Shown: piece by piece, positions 10,741 to 23,217 of the stretch
Layout: every line of letters begins with the position of its first letter
Numbering within the stretch: position 1 is the first letter of the stretch
Assembly: GCF_006345805.1 (NCBI RefSeq)
Contig: NC_043001.1
Span: forward strand, 53,630,001-53,694,000
Length of the DNA: 64,000 bases
DNA from: Octopus sinensis
Lineage: Eukaryota
Reading direction: 5' to 3'
The notes under the pieces: generated by a model
What the model was told of the DNA's origin: nothing
The model's database searches: none
Seen by the model: only the letters and a program-made list of their open reading frames with translations
Program-made: the position numbers and the translations under genes

Positions 10741-12844
10741 TTATTATTATTACTAAGACGACAAAGTATTCGCACACCGAGCAAAATATTTAGCGGCATT
10801 TCACTTGTCTTTGCGCTCTGACATTAAATTCCACCGATGTCGATTTGATAACGACAAAATAGATTATGTCAACGATACTATTAGAAGCAGCCAGTAAAAT
10901 AACATTGGGAATATTACATTAAATACAGGATTCGAACAGCAATTACAGGACCATAATCGCTCATTGGAAGTAATTAGATGTAGATGAAAGTTAAAAGATA
11001 CAACACACAGAAATTAAGGTGGAATTTGCGAAACAATCTATTATAGAAAATCAAAACAATGCTAAAATGTTGGCGACATTGCTAAAAATAATATATTTAA
11101 ATGTATTAACCATTCCAGTTATAAAATATATGTTTAAGCTAATAAACTAGTAATTATATTAATTGGCGTTCTTACACTGAAGCGCAAACGGGTAGACAAT
11201 ATCTGCATTCAAACATTGGCGACAATGCGTTATAGACACAGATTATTATATGAAATTATGGACAATGAGGTGATACATATAGAATGACAAACGAAGTGAA
11301 AGTGATACGTGCAACAAAAAAGACATGAACAGAGGTTTAACAGTTTTGGAAAGTAACATATAAAGTAGAATTTGCATAGAATAAAAGAAGTTTTAGGTGA
11401 GGTTTAAAAAAGATATGTAAAGAAATCAGTTCAAATAACAAAGGAAACTCTGATGTATAACAAAGAAGAAATAGAGAGAACATAGCTCACAAAGGCACAA
11501 GGAATGATTGAGATGACGCCTGACTGATAACGAGCAATAGCTTTAAAGCTCGAGCTTAAAAGAACAAACAGAACTGATTTTTGCTGAACAAAACTATATT
11601 ACAAATATTAAGAAAAGAACAAAGAAACGGCTAACATAATAAGCGCATTATGTAATATGTACATTTATTATGCGGCTGGTTAGCTTTTTAATATAAGTTT
11701 GGGTACACATGGAGGAGAAAAAATATAAATATGTATAAAACACCGTAAAGAAAGGTGGCCGAGACAGTCCACATGACTAATGATCATACTTACGAAACAT
11801 GAAGGAGAGAAGAAGTTGTCAAAGTGAATAAATATTGAGACTGAGATAAACAGGATAGGAATTGGAAAGTGAAAACAGTATCATTCATAATCGTAGCAGC
11901 GTGAATAAAACGGCCAATACTGAGGCATGCAGTTTTACACATATTCCAAACAAAATACCTGATAAATTCAGCCATTTAAATGCCTACCAGGACAAGCATA
12001 CAATTGAATCAGTAGATTGTTTACTGATGAATACGCAATCATGAAAATCACACAATACACACAGTATACAGATTCACCAACATAAATATTTCATGAATCA
12101 TAAAGTACACACTTTTCAGAAGCATCGCATATTGAATTAATAACCCTTTTTTATATAAGCCTGGCCAGACATTGTACTACAAATATTCACATAAGGCATA
12201 CACTAATCAATTTCCACTCATGAATATAGCACAGCCAGCGCAAGGCACACAGTAAATGATCTACATGATGCTGAATAATAAAATACATCAGCAAAGTATA
12301 CTGTAAACATGTAAGACATCCCAGAAGAAAATTATACAACTCACATTACTCTTACTTCTTCAGTATATCGACGAATCTCTAAAATAACGACAGGAAAGAA
12401 ACAAGCCTAAAATCACAGAAAACATAGTATATATACATTTTAAAGTGGACCAGCAAAATATTTAAAATCATTAAAAAACAACGCTGCAATCAAATTATCT
12501 GAACTAATTACATAGTAAATAAATTAAACATAATGACATCTAACAAAATAATATACCATAGTTTAGACTTATTCATTAGAGTATTAAGGAGCAAAACTGG
12601 AAATAAATCCGTTTGAGCACACAAAAAGATAATATAAATTGTTCGAGAAATATATTTGTAAATATATTAAGTACCTTAGAATTCATGAGTAACTCAATCA
12701 CAAAAGAAATAATAATTCTAAAGGTGCAAATGAAATCCTGGCGGTTATTGGGATTTCATAAATGTAGATAAGAATTCACAGAATATAATCGTTCCTTGAG
12801 GATAAAATTTAGATTGACTTAATATTGGCACCCTGTCAGTTAAA

Positions 12845-13134
12845 AAGACCAGTGCCCCGCTTGATCGGATCAACGGAACAGCCTGCCCGAGGAATTAAAC
12901 TGCAAGTGGCGGAGTGCTTCACAAACACCGGTGCCCTTAAGGCAGTTCTTAGAGACATTCAGCGTGACAGAACGTGACATGGCTGGCTCTTTGAAATACA
13001 GTCATCTTTGTCTGACTGCAGTAATAGGAAATAGGGACTTGCTCAAGGACACAACGCGCCGCCAGCAATCGAACTCATATCGAAATGATTGTGAGCCTAA
13101 TGCACCTAAACACATAACCACTAATCCATGCGCC
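12845..13134 (-). mobile_element. tRNA-derived SINE, family C
   Basis: Minus strand head ggcgcatggattagtggtt...gagttcgattgc (A/B-box-like), gtgtccttgagcaag motif, body ending caggctgttccgttgatccgatcaa. Confidence 0.7.
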
Positions 13135-13524
13135 TTGATGATTAACAGTTAATTCGATAGCCAAACTAATACTCAATGAAGCTATCATAAACAAAAATGC
13201 CAAGAAAAATGTTAATTTGAGCAGTAGAAAAACAGTATACAACGAATGCACTAGAAGAGTAGATAAAATAGAATTTTATGGGAATATTGGAATGATATAA
13301 CTTCAGAGAGGAAAATAAGAGCGAAGCATTATATGACAAAGAAATAGAACATAACATGAAGTAGAAAAATCTAAAATATTTGACCAAATATTCAGATAAT
13401 TTACCCGTAGATAGCTTCAGAGAATTAGTTTCGTAAATAATATCCAAAAATTTTCGTTTAAATGACATGCGACAATTGCTTGTATGGCACTTGTATGGCA
13501 CATGTATATGTGTGTGTGTGTGTG

Positions 13525-13569
<45 letters not shown>

Positions 13570-14306
13570 TCATATATGTACATATATATATACGTATATA
13601 TACGTGTTTATATAGACATATATACAGTAACCTGAAATCACAGAGGTGAAAAATTCACAGAAATTGTTGCACAATTACATAATTTTCTAACTCCTGCGCA
13701 TACTTTTATATCATATTCGCTTGCTATATTCGCGTGCTATAGGATACATCACGTCTAAAGAAGCTGCTTAAACGATTATTAGTCACACTAAGCACGTGCA
13801 TGTGACCTCTGACCACTATTGAAATTCAACAACATATAATGCGGCAATAAACACGTACTGGTGATTTCTGTTCACTACTGTCATTTAAGATCTTATAATG
13901 CGTCACTCAACATCCATTACTCAACATTTATTACTCCAAAAACAAAACCAAAAAAAAGACACCTTAGAGCATTTGTTGCTTATTTACATCACCTGATAGA
14001 TATGTAAAGGGAATAGCAACCGTATCAAGCTCATGTCTCAAAGCAATTTCTATTGTGATTTTCCCTGGCACACCACATTTATCGAACATTAAATATAGAT
14101 GATAAAATGGATTGAAATAGTTATCATTTGTATATTTTGTATATGCTCTCGTACTATATGATAATATAAATAATAAAAAGGACACGTAGTCTCAATACAC
14201 ACACACATAAATACCTATACATATATACATAATTATAGACACAGGCAAGCACTAAAAGACACACTCATGCGTGTGTATATTTATGTAAATATATAGTGTC
14301 CCAAAC

Positions 14307-14326
14307 AGATAGATCGATCGATCGAG

Positions 14327-14366
<40 letters not shown>

Positions 14367-14473
14367 TGATAGATAGATACGTAAGTGTAAGCTGTACTTA
14401 TTCCACGTCCTCGCGTTGTTGTTTCTTATTTCTTGTTCATGTTTGGATTGAAAAAATATATGTGTGTGTGTGT

Positions 14474-14530
<57 letters not shown>

Positions 14531-14552
14531 CTGTGTGTGTGTCTGTGTGTGT
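14307..14552. repeat. (GATA)n and (GT)n microsatellites separated by a short unique spacer
   Basis: Direct reading. Confidence 0.9.
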
Positions 14553-14860
14553 GGAGACGCAATGGCCGAGTTGTTAGGGCAGCGGATTCGCGGTTGTAGG
14601 ATCGCGGTTTCGATCTCCAGACCGGGCGTTGTGAGTGTCTATTGAGCGAAAACAGCTAAAGCTCCACGAGGCTCCGGCAGCGGGGTGGCGACCCCTGCTG
14701 TACTCTTTTGTCAAAACTTTCTCTCACTCTTTCCTCTGTTGGACTGCTCGCTTAGCCACCGGGTGGCGTCATTTGAAGGCTAAAACAATGCGAAGCGCAT
14801 TGTGACCAGCAATGTGTAGCAACATCTGATAGCCAGGTCGGTCACGAGGATCACGATGAT
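14553..14860 (+). mobile_element. tRNA-derived SINE, family D, near full length
   Basis: A-box-like tggccgagttg, B-box-like ggtttcgatctcc, non-tRNA body, (gat) tail; second partial copy at 19455-19560. Confidence 0.82.
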
Positions 14861-14861
14861 G

Positions 14862-14900
<39 letters not shown>

Positions 14901-15119
14901 TGAATATATATGTCTATACACATACATACATACATACATATATGTGTGTGTGTATATACATACACCTGTGTTCATACAAAAAAATGCATACAACTATAGA
15001 TAGATAGATAGAGAGAGAGACAGACAGACAAACAGATAGACAGTCAGACAGACAGACAGATAGAACATGGCTAAATACATTTTTGTTTATTTGTCATTGC
15101 TTGCATTGTTAAAGCAGCA

Positions 15120-15310
15120 AGACAGCAGATTCATTAGCACGCCAGGCAGAAGGCATAGCAACATTTCGTTAGTTTTCAGTTCAAATCCCGTGTAGGTCTA
15201 CTTTGCTTTTATCCTTTAGGGGTCGAGAAAATGAATTCCAGTGGAACACGCGTGACGGCGGGGTCGATATAATCGACTTACCACTGGCTGGCCTTGTGAC
15301 AAAGTTTGAA
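15120..15310 (+). mobile_element. tRNA-derived SINE, family A, diverged
   Basis: ttagcacgccaggc...gttcaaatccc...ctactttgcttttatcctttaggggtcgagaaaat...ggggtcgatataatcgactt, homologous to 950-1165. Confidence 0.7.
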
Positions 15311-16149
15311 GCTATTACTTCTAATATTAATTTGACATTTTCATTCTTTCTAGAAGTGTTCAAAGATTGTGGATTATCGAGTATATTGACTTATAAATAC
15401 TTGAAGAATGTCCGTTTTATTAAAAAATGTCAGGGATTCAAATATTTTTTTAATAATTTTACTTGAGAGCGTGTGTTGGACAAAGAATAAGAATTTTCGG
15501 GAGTGGCCAGTTAAGATGTTTGATCAAGTATTTCTTGTTCAAATCTATATATACTTGTATGCAAGTTCATGTTTTCATATACATGAATGTACATGTGTTG
15601 TATCATGAATGCTTAAAGAAATGAGTTTTGGGATAGTTGTTTTTAAAGAGTTATTTGTGGCATTTTTGTCCGAAAGCGTCTGCTGTTTATTGATTATGTA
15701 TATATAAAAAATGTCAGCTACATATAGAATGCGACAAAGAATAAAAAGAAAAATACGAATGATTGATCTGAGGACATGTGAGTCGGAAAGTATGTAGCAC
15801 TTTATCATTTCCTACAAAATGGTTGACTGTTTTGTTCAAGATATGTCTATGTTTCTTTATACATTTATAAGTACGTGCATGCGTGTGTTTGTGCTCCTGT
15901 ATGTGTCTTGAAGCTGATTTGTGTGCAAGTGGTAATATACAGACACTATGCACAAACATAACACACACATATATCTATATATATATCTATATATATATAT
16001 ATTAGATAACAAAACGAATGTCCTATACGTGGCAGTTTACTGGTAAAGCACGGTCACTTTCACAGTGTTCGTAATGTATATGGTAACAATCTCATCAGTG
16101 AGGGATCGATGCTAGATGTGTGGAAACAATTGTCATAATTAATATATAC

Positions 16150-16183
<34 letters not shown>

Positions 16184-16194
16184 ATGTGTGTGTG

Positions 16195-16231
<37 letters not shown>

Positions 16232-16566
16232 ATGTATATAGTTGTATAATATATATAATTTATATAATATATATTATATAATATATATATATACCGGATG
16301 ACAAGCCCGGTCTTGCTCGGGATTAAAATAGTTTATTATTGTTTTACTTGTTTCGGTATTATAAACCGGTTTCATTCAGGTCTACACGGGCTACATTTAA
16401 AATATGATGAATGTTGCTCTGGAGGATAGGTATTTCAAATGAGCAAACTCAAAATTGCTATGCAAACTCGCCAGCACATTTTCAGCTCAATCCGACCACA
16501 TATGCACACATCATATATATACATACGCATTAAATATATATGCACATATACTCGCATCATATACAT

Positions 16567-16619
<53 letters not shown>

Positions 16620-16643
16620 CATTATTTATACATATGTATACAC

Positions 16644-16676
<33 letters not shown>

Positions 16677-16721
16677 TATATATATATATATATATATATA
16701 AATTATATGTTTATATATATA

Positions 16722-18580
16722 TATAAATGAAAAAATGGAGTCGAACGAAGATGTTTACAAGATTCTTTACTCTCGACATATGTTTCGAAGACAACATGGT
16801 TCCATTCCATGAGACTGTCTAAATTATCTGCTAATGTCGTCATCTTTAACCAAAACGCCGCCTTGTTAAAAGCCGGTTATAAGGAGAAAGTGTCATACAT
16901 CGATTCAGCTCATTCTAAACCAACATCTGCTTCTCCAGATAGAAAAGTTACTCGTAATAGGAACAGTAATTTCAATTCTAATAGTGCCAGCAACCCTGTA
17001 CATAAAATAAATTCTTTACGGACTAGGGGAGGTAAGCGCCATTCAACCCCAAATTTCCAACCCAGAAATGTTCCCCTTACTATCACAAATAACACTAGGA
17101 ACAATTCAAAGGCCACAAAAACTGTATCTGGTTCGTAATACCTTTCGGAAAACAAATTAAATCGAACCTTCCCTTACAGTTCCGTGAAGCCGTTGCTAGG
17201 AACTTTCCCAGAAATTCTAGATATCATTCTATTATCAATTCCCACATAGTTAGAATCGCTTTCTCTAACACTAGATATCTTTCACAAATATCTTCTCACA
17301 ATACAAAGCTGCTAAACAAAGATTCTTCAACCGGGAGTTCCAACACCAATCTTGCTAATTCCAACCCATCAAAAAATCCTAATAATAGGAATAGTATTAA
17401 TAGTAGCAGCATTGGTAGCAGCGAAAGTGTTAACAATGATAATATTAATAATAGTCGTGTTAATAACAATGGCAATGTTGATGGTAATAACAATAACGGT
17501 ATTATTGTCGGTGTTATTACTGGTTGTATTACCATTAATAATACTAATAATAATAGAAATAGTGTAGTTGTTGGCGCTAATAATAATAGTAACAACAATC
17601 ATAGCAATAAAAACTTCGTTTCGATCCCGGAGGACAACCCCAACAGAATTAAATTTTTGTCTAGTAATTCTAAGATTAAGAATTCTCTTTACCAGTGTAG
17701 AATTTCTTCCGGTACCGATGTCTTCTTCTATATAGAAGCGTCCAAGATTATTTCAAACCATTATTCAACATTCAGGGATAGTAAAAAACGACATAGTACA
17801 GTGCTAAGTATATTAGTTTGGCGTCTTAAAGACAACAATATAAATTTCAAGTTAGATTGGTTCATACTGTCGTTATCCTTTCCTTTTGATAAGGGCAGGA
17901 GATTTTGTAACATTTGCAACTCTGAACTCTTCCATATTCTCTTCTCTAAGGTTCCCCTGTTAACACACTCATAGAAAAATCATGCAAATGTAAACACTGG
18001 CAGAAACATACTTTCCACTCATATAATGATAACGATAGTCACTGTGGTTTGAACAATTAGCTTAACGTCCACCCCACTTCAATAGCGAAATTCTTTCCTA
18101 AGCCTTCGAACATTCTTTCAACCAACGTACCCTACCCTCTCCACTTGTTCCCTACCTATTATTCCTTTAACCCTTTTCTTCCTACTATCTATCTTTGGCG
18201 TCAATTCTTCTAACGTTTTTTTTAAAAAACACTCATTATCGTTTTGTTTACCACGTAGGCAGTCATCGAAATTTTTGTTTGTCTTGTTGTCGAGAGAGGC
18301 TCCCTTTCTTTCCTGATGAGAAGATTGCATAATGCACCCTTTATTCCTTTGGAATGAAACCATGTTGTCTTCGAAACATGTCGAGAGTAAAGGAATTCTG
18401 TTAACATCTTCGTTCGACTCCATTCTTTCATTTATTCATATTCAACACACAAATTTCTGCACATGAACCCGGAGTTTCTACCCTTGGACTCGTCGCTTCA
18501 ACCGTGTTTCTGACGTGAATTTGCTACCCAGGTTTCGGTTAAACGAATTTTTTATGCTGACGATCTATAAACATAGGATA
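16722..18580 (+). mobile_element. Penelope-like element: RT-thumb/linker/GIY-YIG portion with an inverted terminal (pLTR-like) segment
   Basis: RLSKLSANVVIFNQNAALLKAGYKEK; CIWFVIPFGKQIKSN; SHNTKLL; SLYQC..FYIE..NHYSTFR..LSILVWRLKD..CNICNSE; 16722-16800 is inverted at 18360-18436. Confidence 0.85.
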
Positions 18581-18590
18581 ATTCATTCAC

Positions 18591-18654
<64 letters not shown>

Positions 18655-18657
<3 letters not shown>

Positions 18658-19260
18658 CCATAATAAATAACTGATTAATAATATATGTTATCATTATTGT
18701 GCAGTGGTGGTGGGTTATAATAATTCACCGTTGTAAAAGCCCTGTAGCGGGAATATTTAAACTTCGAGAGAGTGAAATATACTTCCGACACAATATAATT
18801 ATTTACTATTTTATTCCTCTCCATTAATCACACATGCGGCTGTCAACGCTTTCTCTCTACAGCTACAGAAAGACGTACACGGAGAGAGAGAGAGGGGCTG
18901 GGGAGAAAGAGCAACAGCGAGACAGCGAATACGGAGAGGGAAAGAGAGTGAGTAGAAGCTGTCAAAAGCCGCTATAGCGATATAGAGGAGGAAGGGGGAA
19001 AGAGAGAGATGGAAGGTTGATAACCCTAAGGGAGAAACAACAAACACTTGTCAAAGTCCGTTTAAAACGATGATTTCTCACTATTTTTGCCATAGCAACC
19101 ATATCTTTATAGCTTGCGAAATTTAAGCATCTCGGGTCTCATCCTCACCATGCATTTAGTATACTTGCCAATTTTCAGCTCGATCTTAGTCTCGGTTTGG
19201 CTGACGTTAACCGTTAAAGCAAAATATGCATACAATTTTCGTCCAAGGACTGCTTTATAG
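18655..19260. mobile_element. Probable non-autonomous repeat between (AT)n tracts (class unresolved)
   Basis: Non-coding, GA-rich core and aattttcagctcgatc motif resembling other non-autonomous elements in the window; no second copy to confirm. Confidence 0.3.
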
Positions 19261-19356
19261 ATATATAAATAGTATATATTCTATATAATATATAATGTAT
19301 TTATATATTATATATTATATATATATATATATAATATATTTATATATATAATATAT

Positions 19357-19388
<32 letters not shown>

Positions 19389-19454
19389 GTATATTTATAT
19401 ATATATATAATATATATCATATATATAGCAGGCAAAACATCTATATATAGGGCA

Positions 19455-19560
19455 ACGAACTCGCTGTCTTAGGATCGCGGTTTCGATTCCCAGACCGGGC
19501 GTTGTGAGCGTTTAATTGAGCGAAAACACATAAAGCACCGCGTGGCTCCTCAACACACCC
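19455..19560 (+). mobile_element. SINE family D fragment
   Basis: aggatcgcggtttcgattcccagaccgggcgttgtgagcgttt matches 14599-14670. Confidence 0.85.
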
Positions 19561-21816
19561 GCCGAATCATAGAACATAAACTAAGTTCTTCGTTGCACAA
19601 GTGAAATGACGTTTTTATGATGACTGTTTGCCTCGAATTCATATGTTGAACTTTTCAAAAGATTGATGCAGATGGATGTAATATTCGGACCTGAAATACA
19701 AGGTTCTCTATGAAAATTCACTCATTATTCTATTTTCAGTTTCACACCGTGTTTATAAGTGGCAATGTTCGGCTCGCTATTCTTTAGAACTTTCATTAGC
19801 GTGTATTCCTCTCATATATTTTATCATATTAGTAACATAGAAAATATTTGTTCTGAAATAGCGTATATGCTTTGTACTCTATATTTGCGAACTAGATTGT
19901 TGTACATTTAATAGAAAGATTGGTTCTTACAATGCAGTTTGAATAAATTTATGTAACTGGATACAGTGTTGAATATTTGTTCACCAAATTGAAATTGATG
20001 TCTCGTGAAAGATCTAAACACTTATACATAATCTATTACTACACACTGTACAGTGCTATCTAAAACGTCTAAATTACGTTGAGGAGGGCACAGTCTATAT
20101 TTCTTATCGAATACTTATCTTTCAATAAAAGTAACTCAGTAAAGATGTACGGCTTTACTGCGAGAAAATAAAATGAGTCGCATATTTAAACACCCTATAG
20201 CAGTACTACCATATTTAGAAAAGACTTCAGATTGTGTGAAAGCTCTATCTATCCTTGAAGAAACTCTACAACTCTATAGATATCTCCCCATAAATTTACG
20301 TAACTGTACTTGATTTCGATTACTGAATGAATTATTAACTCAATAAACATCAATGATTCTGCTGAGACAAAGTTGATTTTAATGGCAGCTATATATGTGC
20401 GTAAAGAGCTACTCTCAAGCAAGTTCCCATGTTAAGTTAACATACATTCTAAAACCCACAGAATTTTCTAAAGACGTTTAATGTAATATTTAAAATATTT
20501 GGGAGACTAGGCACATAATCTAAACATTTTACGAAAGGTCTATTTCAATCACAAGCATGGCAAATCAGAAATATACGTACTTTTATATATATGGGCGCAA
20601 AACTCTGTAACATATCTCTAGTTAACAATCCACTGTTTTCCTAGACTTATACTTGGATTTCCATACTGGGTTCTACACTGTATGAACTCCAGAAGTATAT
20701 CATAAATACATATATAGTATTATTCTCTAATTTAACATAATTTCCAATTATCTAAATTTGAAGGTCTCGGATGTTCCTGTGAACACCTTACACATGAGAC
20801 GCACAGTCGAGTACCTTACACTATTTCCTGTATGACAATTGCTGCTAAACGAGATCGTGAATGCTAGACTGTGTGAGAAAATGACAGCTGTTGTCAGGTG
20901 TGTATTTCAAGATTTCAACGGAAGAGTATACAGAATGTTGCTTTTGTTATGTCCAATACTGAGTGAGTGGATGGTCACAAAGAACGGTGCAGTATATTTT
21001 TTTCCGACGATACTAATACTGCGGATAGTTAATTGTCTTTCATACAATTTCTCTGGAATAACAAAATGCTTATCTTACAACTCGTAAATAAATATTCGAA
21101 CTTAATGACCAACCCGTAAATAGAAGTATTTCTATAATGTTCAGACTACTACACACCGCACCGCTTATCTCTGTGTAATCATAACTCATTATCGACCAAG
21201 AAAAGTGATTAAATTGCTTGAAAACACATTTCACTCTATCTACTGTTATCAAAATAAGCCTTAGGAGAAGGTGGTTCACCATGTGGGAAGCTATACCACA
21301 AAGATTAAAGATCTAATCACTGGTGACAAATATATATCAATTATCTGAGAAAATCAACCGAAAATCTGAAAACGTAAGAACACAAAGGCACTGCAAATCC
21401 CTAGAGGTATATGAGTTATTCACATGAACATAGTTCAAAAGAATAAAAAACACAAGGAGTTTTTAAAAAGGTTTAATTATTGTACCGAATAATGGTAAGG
21501 GAACGCATTTTGGAAAATATTACTGTCAAGCTTTATGCATCTCTGAAATCAGTTGTCACAAATGCTGACGCTAAGATTTCCACTGAACATAGAGTTCTAA
21601 GCAACTTACCCTAAGCATAAAATATCCCATTGATCGTTTTCGATAGGGAAATTGCCCATAAAAATAAAACATTCCCTAGAATATTTTCAATGACATTTAT
21701 GAGAAATATTTCGGCACTTCTGACTTATCCCTAAGCCAGTAACTTTTACCGTTTTGACATTCGACAATGAGTTTACTTCTGATTAAGTTCTGTTTTTTTT
21801 CCAAACAATAAATAAC

Positions 21817-21817
<1 letters not shown>

Positions 21818-21891
<74 letters not shown>

Positions 21892-21901
21892 AATAAATAA
21901 C

Positions 21902-21955
<54 letters not shown>
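21818..21955. repeat. Two (AT)n tracts
   Basis: Direct reading. Confidence 0.95.
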
Positions 21956-21957
<2 letters not shown>

Positions 21958-22333
21958 TATGTGTATATAGATATTTCTTTGTATGTAAATTAACATTGGA
22001 ACTGATTACCTCGTATAAATGGATAAATATATTTGAAACATGTCCAAGTACACTTACTGAATATGTGTGAATGGAATTTCCATAGTAACTATTTATATGC
22101 AAAGATGCCACTAAATCTTACGATAATAGATAATTCTGACGAACAGAAACAGTATTTACCATTTTATTCCAATTTTTACCTTTCTTATTGGAATTATAAA
22201 TCACCTTAAGATGATGAAAATAACTCTTAAATGTCTATATTTAGATAACAATTCTAATATATCCCATAATGATTCAAACATTACCATTAAATTCAAATTT
22301 TGACCAATTATTATTTTATTATTTTGTTTACAG

Positions 22334-22494
22334 ATTGCAAACCCTTTACAGAAAATGTAGACGCTGAAAATACGAATTACTATTTTGCATCAGCTATCAA
22401 ACGATCTGTCGTTCACACAAATAGCTTCTTAAAATCTCTTCAACGCATTGATTTGGATATCAACGATACAAAGAAAGTTTATGATTTCCCACAA
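22334..22494 (+). CDS. Candidate internal coding exon of an unidentified host gene (DCKPFTENVDAENTNYYFASAIKRSVVHTNSFLKSLQRIDLDINDTKKVYDFPQ)
   Basis: Acceptor attttgtttacag|, donor CAA|gtgagt, 161 nt open frame (phase 1 to phase 0), non-repetitive protein-like composition, no transposon motif. Confidence 0.6.
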
Positions 22495-22749
22495 GTGAGT
22501 ACACATATGTCTACATTTTTTTTCATTTTAGCTAAGCAACGTGTGTCATGAACACATTCAATTATAAAATAACTAAGTTATTTAGAATGATAAAATGTAT
22601 AAATACTTCTATTAACGACGTATTACAACCATTTTTCTATATCAAATATTCTATATCAAATATTTTTCTATATCAAATATTCTTATGTGAGTGTATGTGA
22701 ATGTGTATGTGTGTGTATGAGTGTGTGTATTTATGTGTACAATGAGTGG

Positions 22750-23085
22750 TTTAAGCGTTGTTATGTTGTACAACATGATGGTCTGCAACAACTTGCACAT
22801 GCAAGTGATACCAGTCGAAAGATCTCCATACCGGAAACCAGCAGGTGTATGAGGTCATTAGGAGAGAGTGCGCACCGTTTCGGAGCCTAACTCTCGACGG
22901 CATCAATGCGCACCGGGACCCCTCACTGATATGAGGCCCTGCTTGATAGATCAACTGATTTTCAAATAAAGCTCAGTATTCTTCTAGCCATCACTCATCG
23001 CCTCTTTTTAACCAAATCCACTGTCTAGCCTTTTCCACTGTAGTTAGGATATCGGTCATAGTGGTTTTTACTTCATGATGATTTC
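22750..23085 (-). mobile_element. 3' end of a HERO/NeSL-like RLE non-LTR element
   Basis: Minus strand TTVEKARQWIWLKRGDE* resembles the AEKASRWLWLKRxDPW C-terminus recalled for HERO elements, followed by a structured 3' UTR. Confidence 0.5.
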
Positions 23086-23087
23086 TT

Positions 23088-23217
23088 ACAGACAGACAGA
23101 CACGTACATAGATATATACATACGTACATACATGCAAACATACATACATGCATACATACATACATACATACATACATACATACATACATACATACATACA
23201 TACATACATACATACAT
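23088..23217. repeat. (GACA)n-(TACA)n, tail of the RTE element
   Basis: Direct reading; joins the RTE 3' end with no spacer. Confidence 0.95.

Noticed and set aside
11280-11620. A-rich stretch as an old LINE remnant
   Set aside because: No translatable motif strong enough to support a call
14553-14630. tRNA gene (also the heads at 3422, 13134 and 61416)
   Set aside because: A/B-box-like motifs are present but no complete cloverleaf, and they run into SINE bodies that recur in the window
22635-22682. Three copies of ttctatatcaaata as a regulatory array or CRISPR-like repeat
   Set aside because: No unique spacers; it is a simple short tandem duplication in eukaryotic DNA
22870-22920. Hammerhead in the HERO-like 3' UTR (ggtgcgca-ttgatg...cgaaac-gg-tgcgcac on minus)
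   Set aside because: The core is not CUGANGA and there is no NUH site or stem III; treated as an ordinary stem-loop
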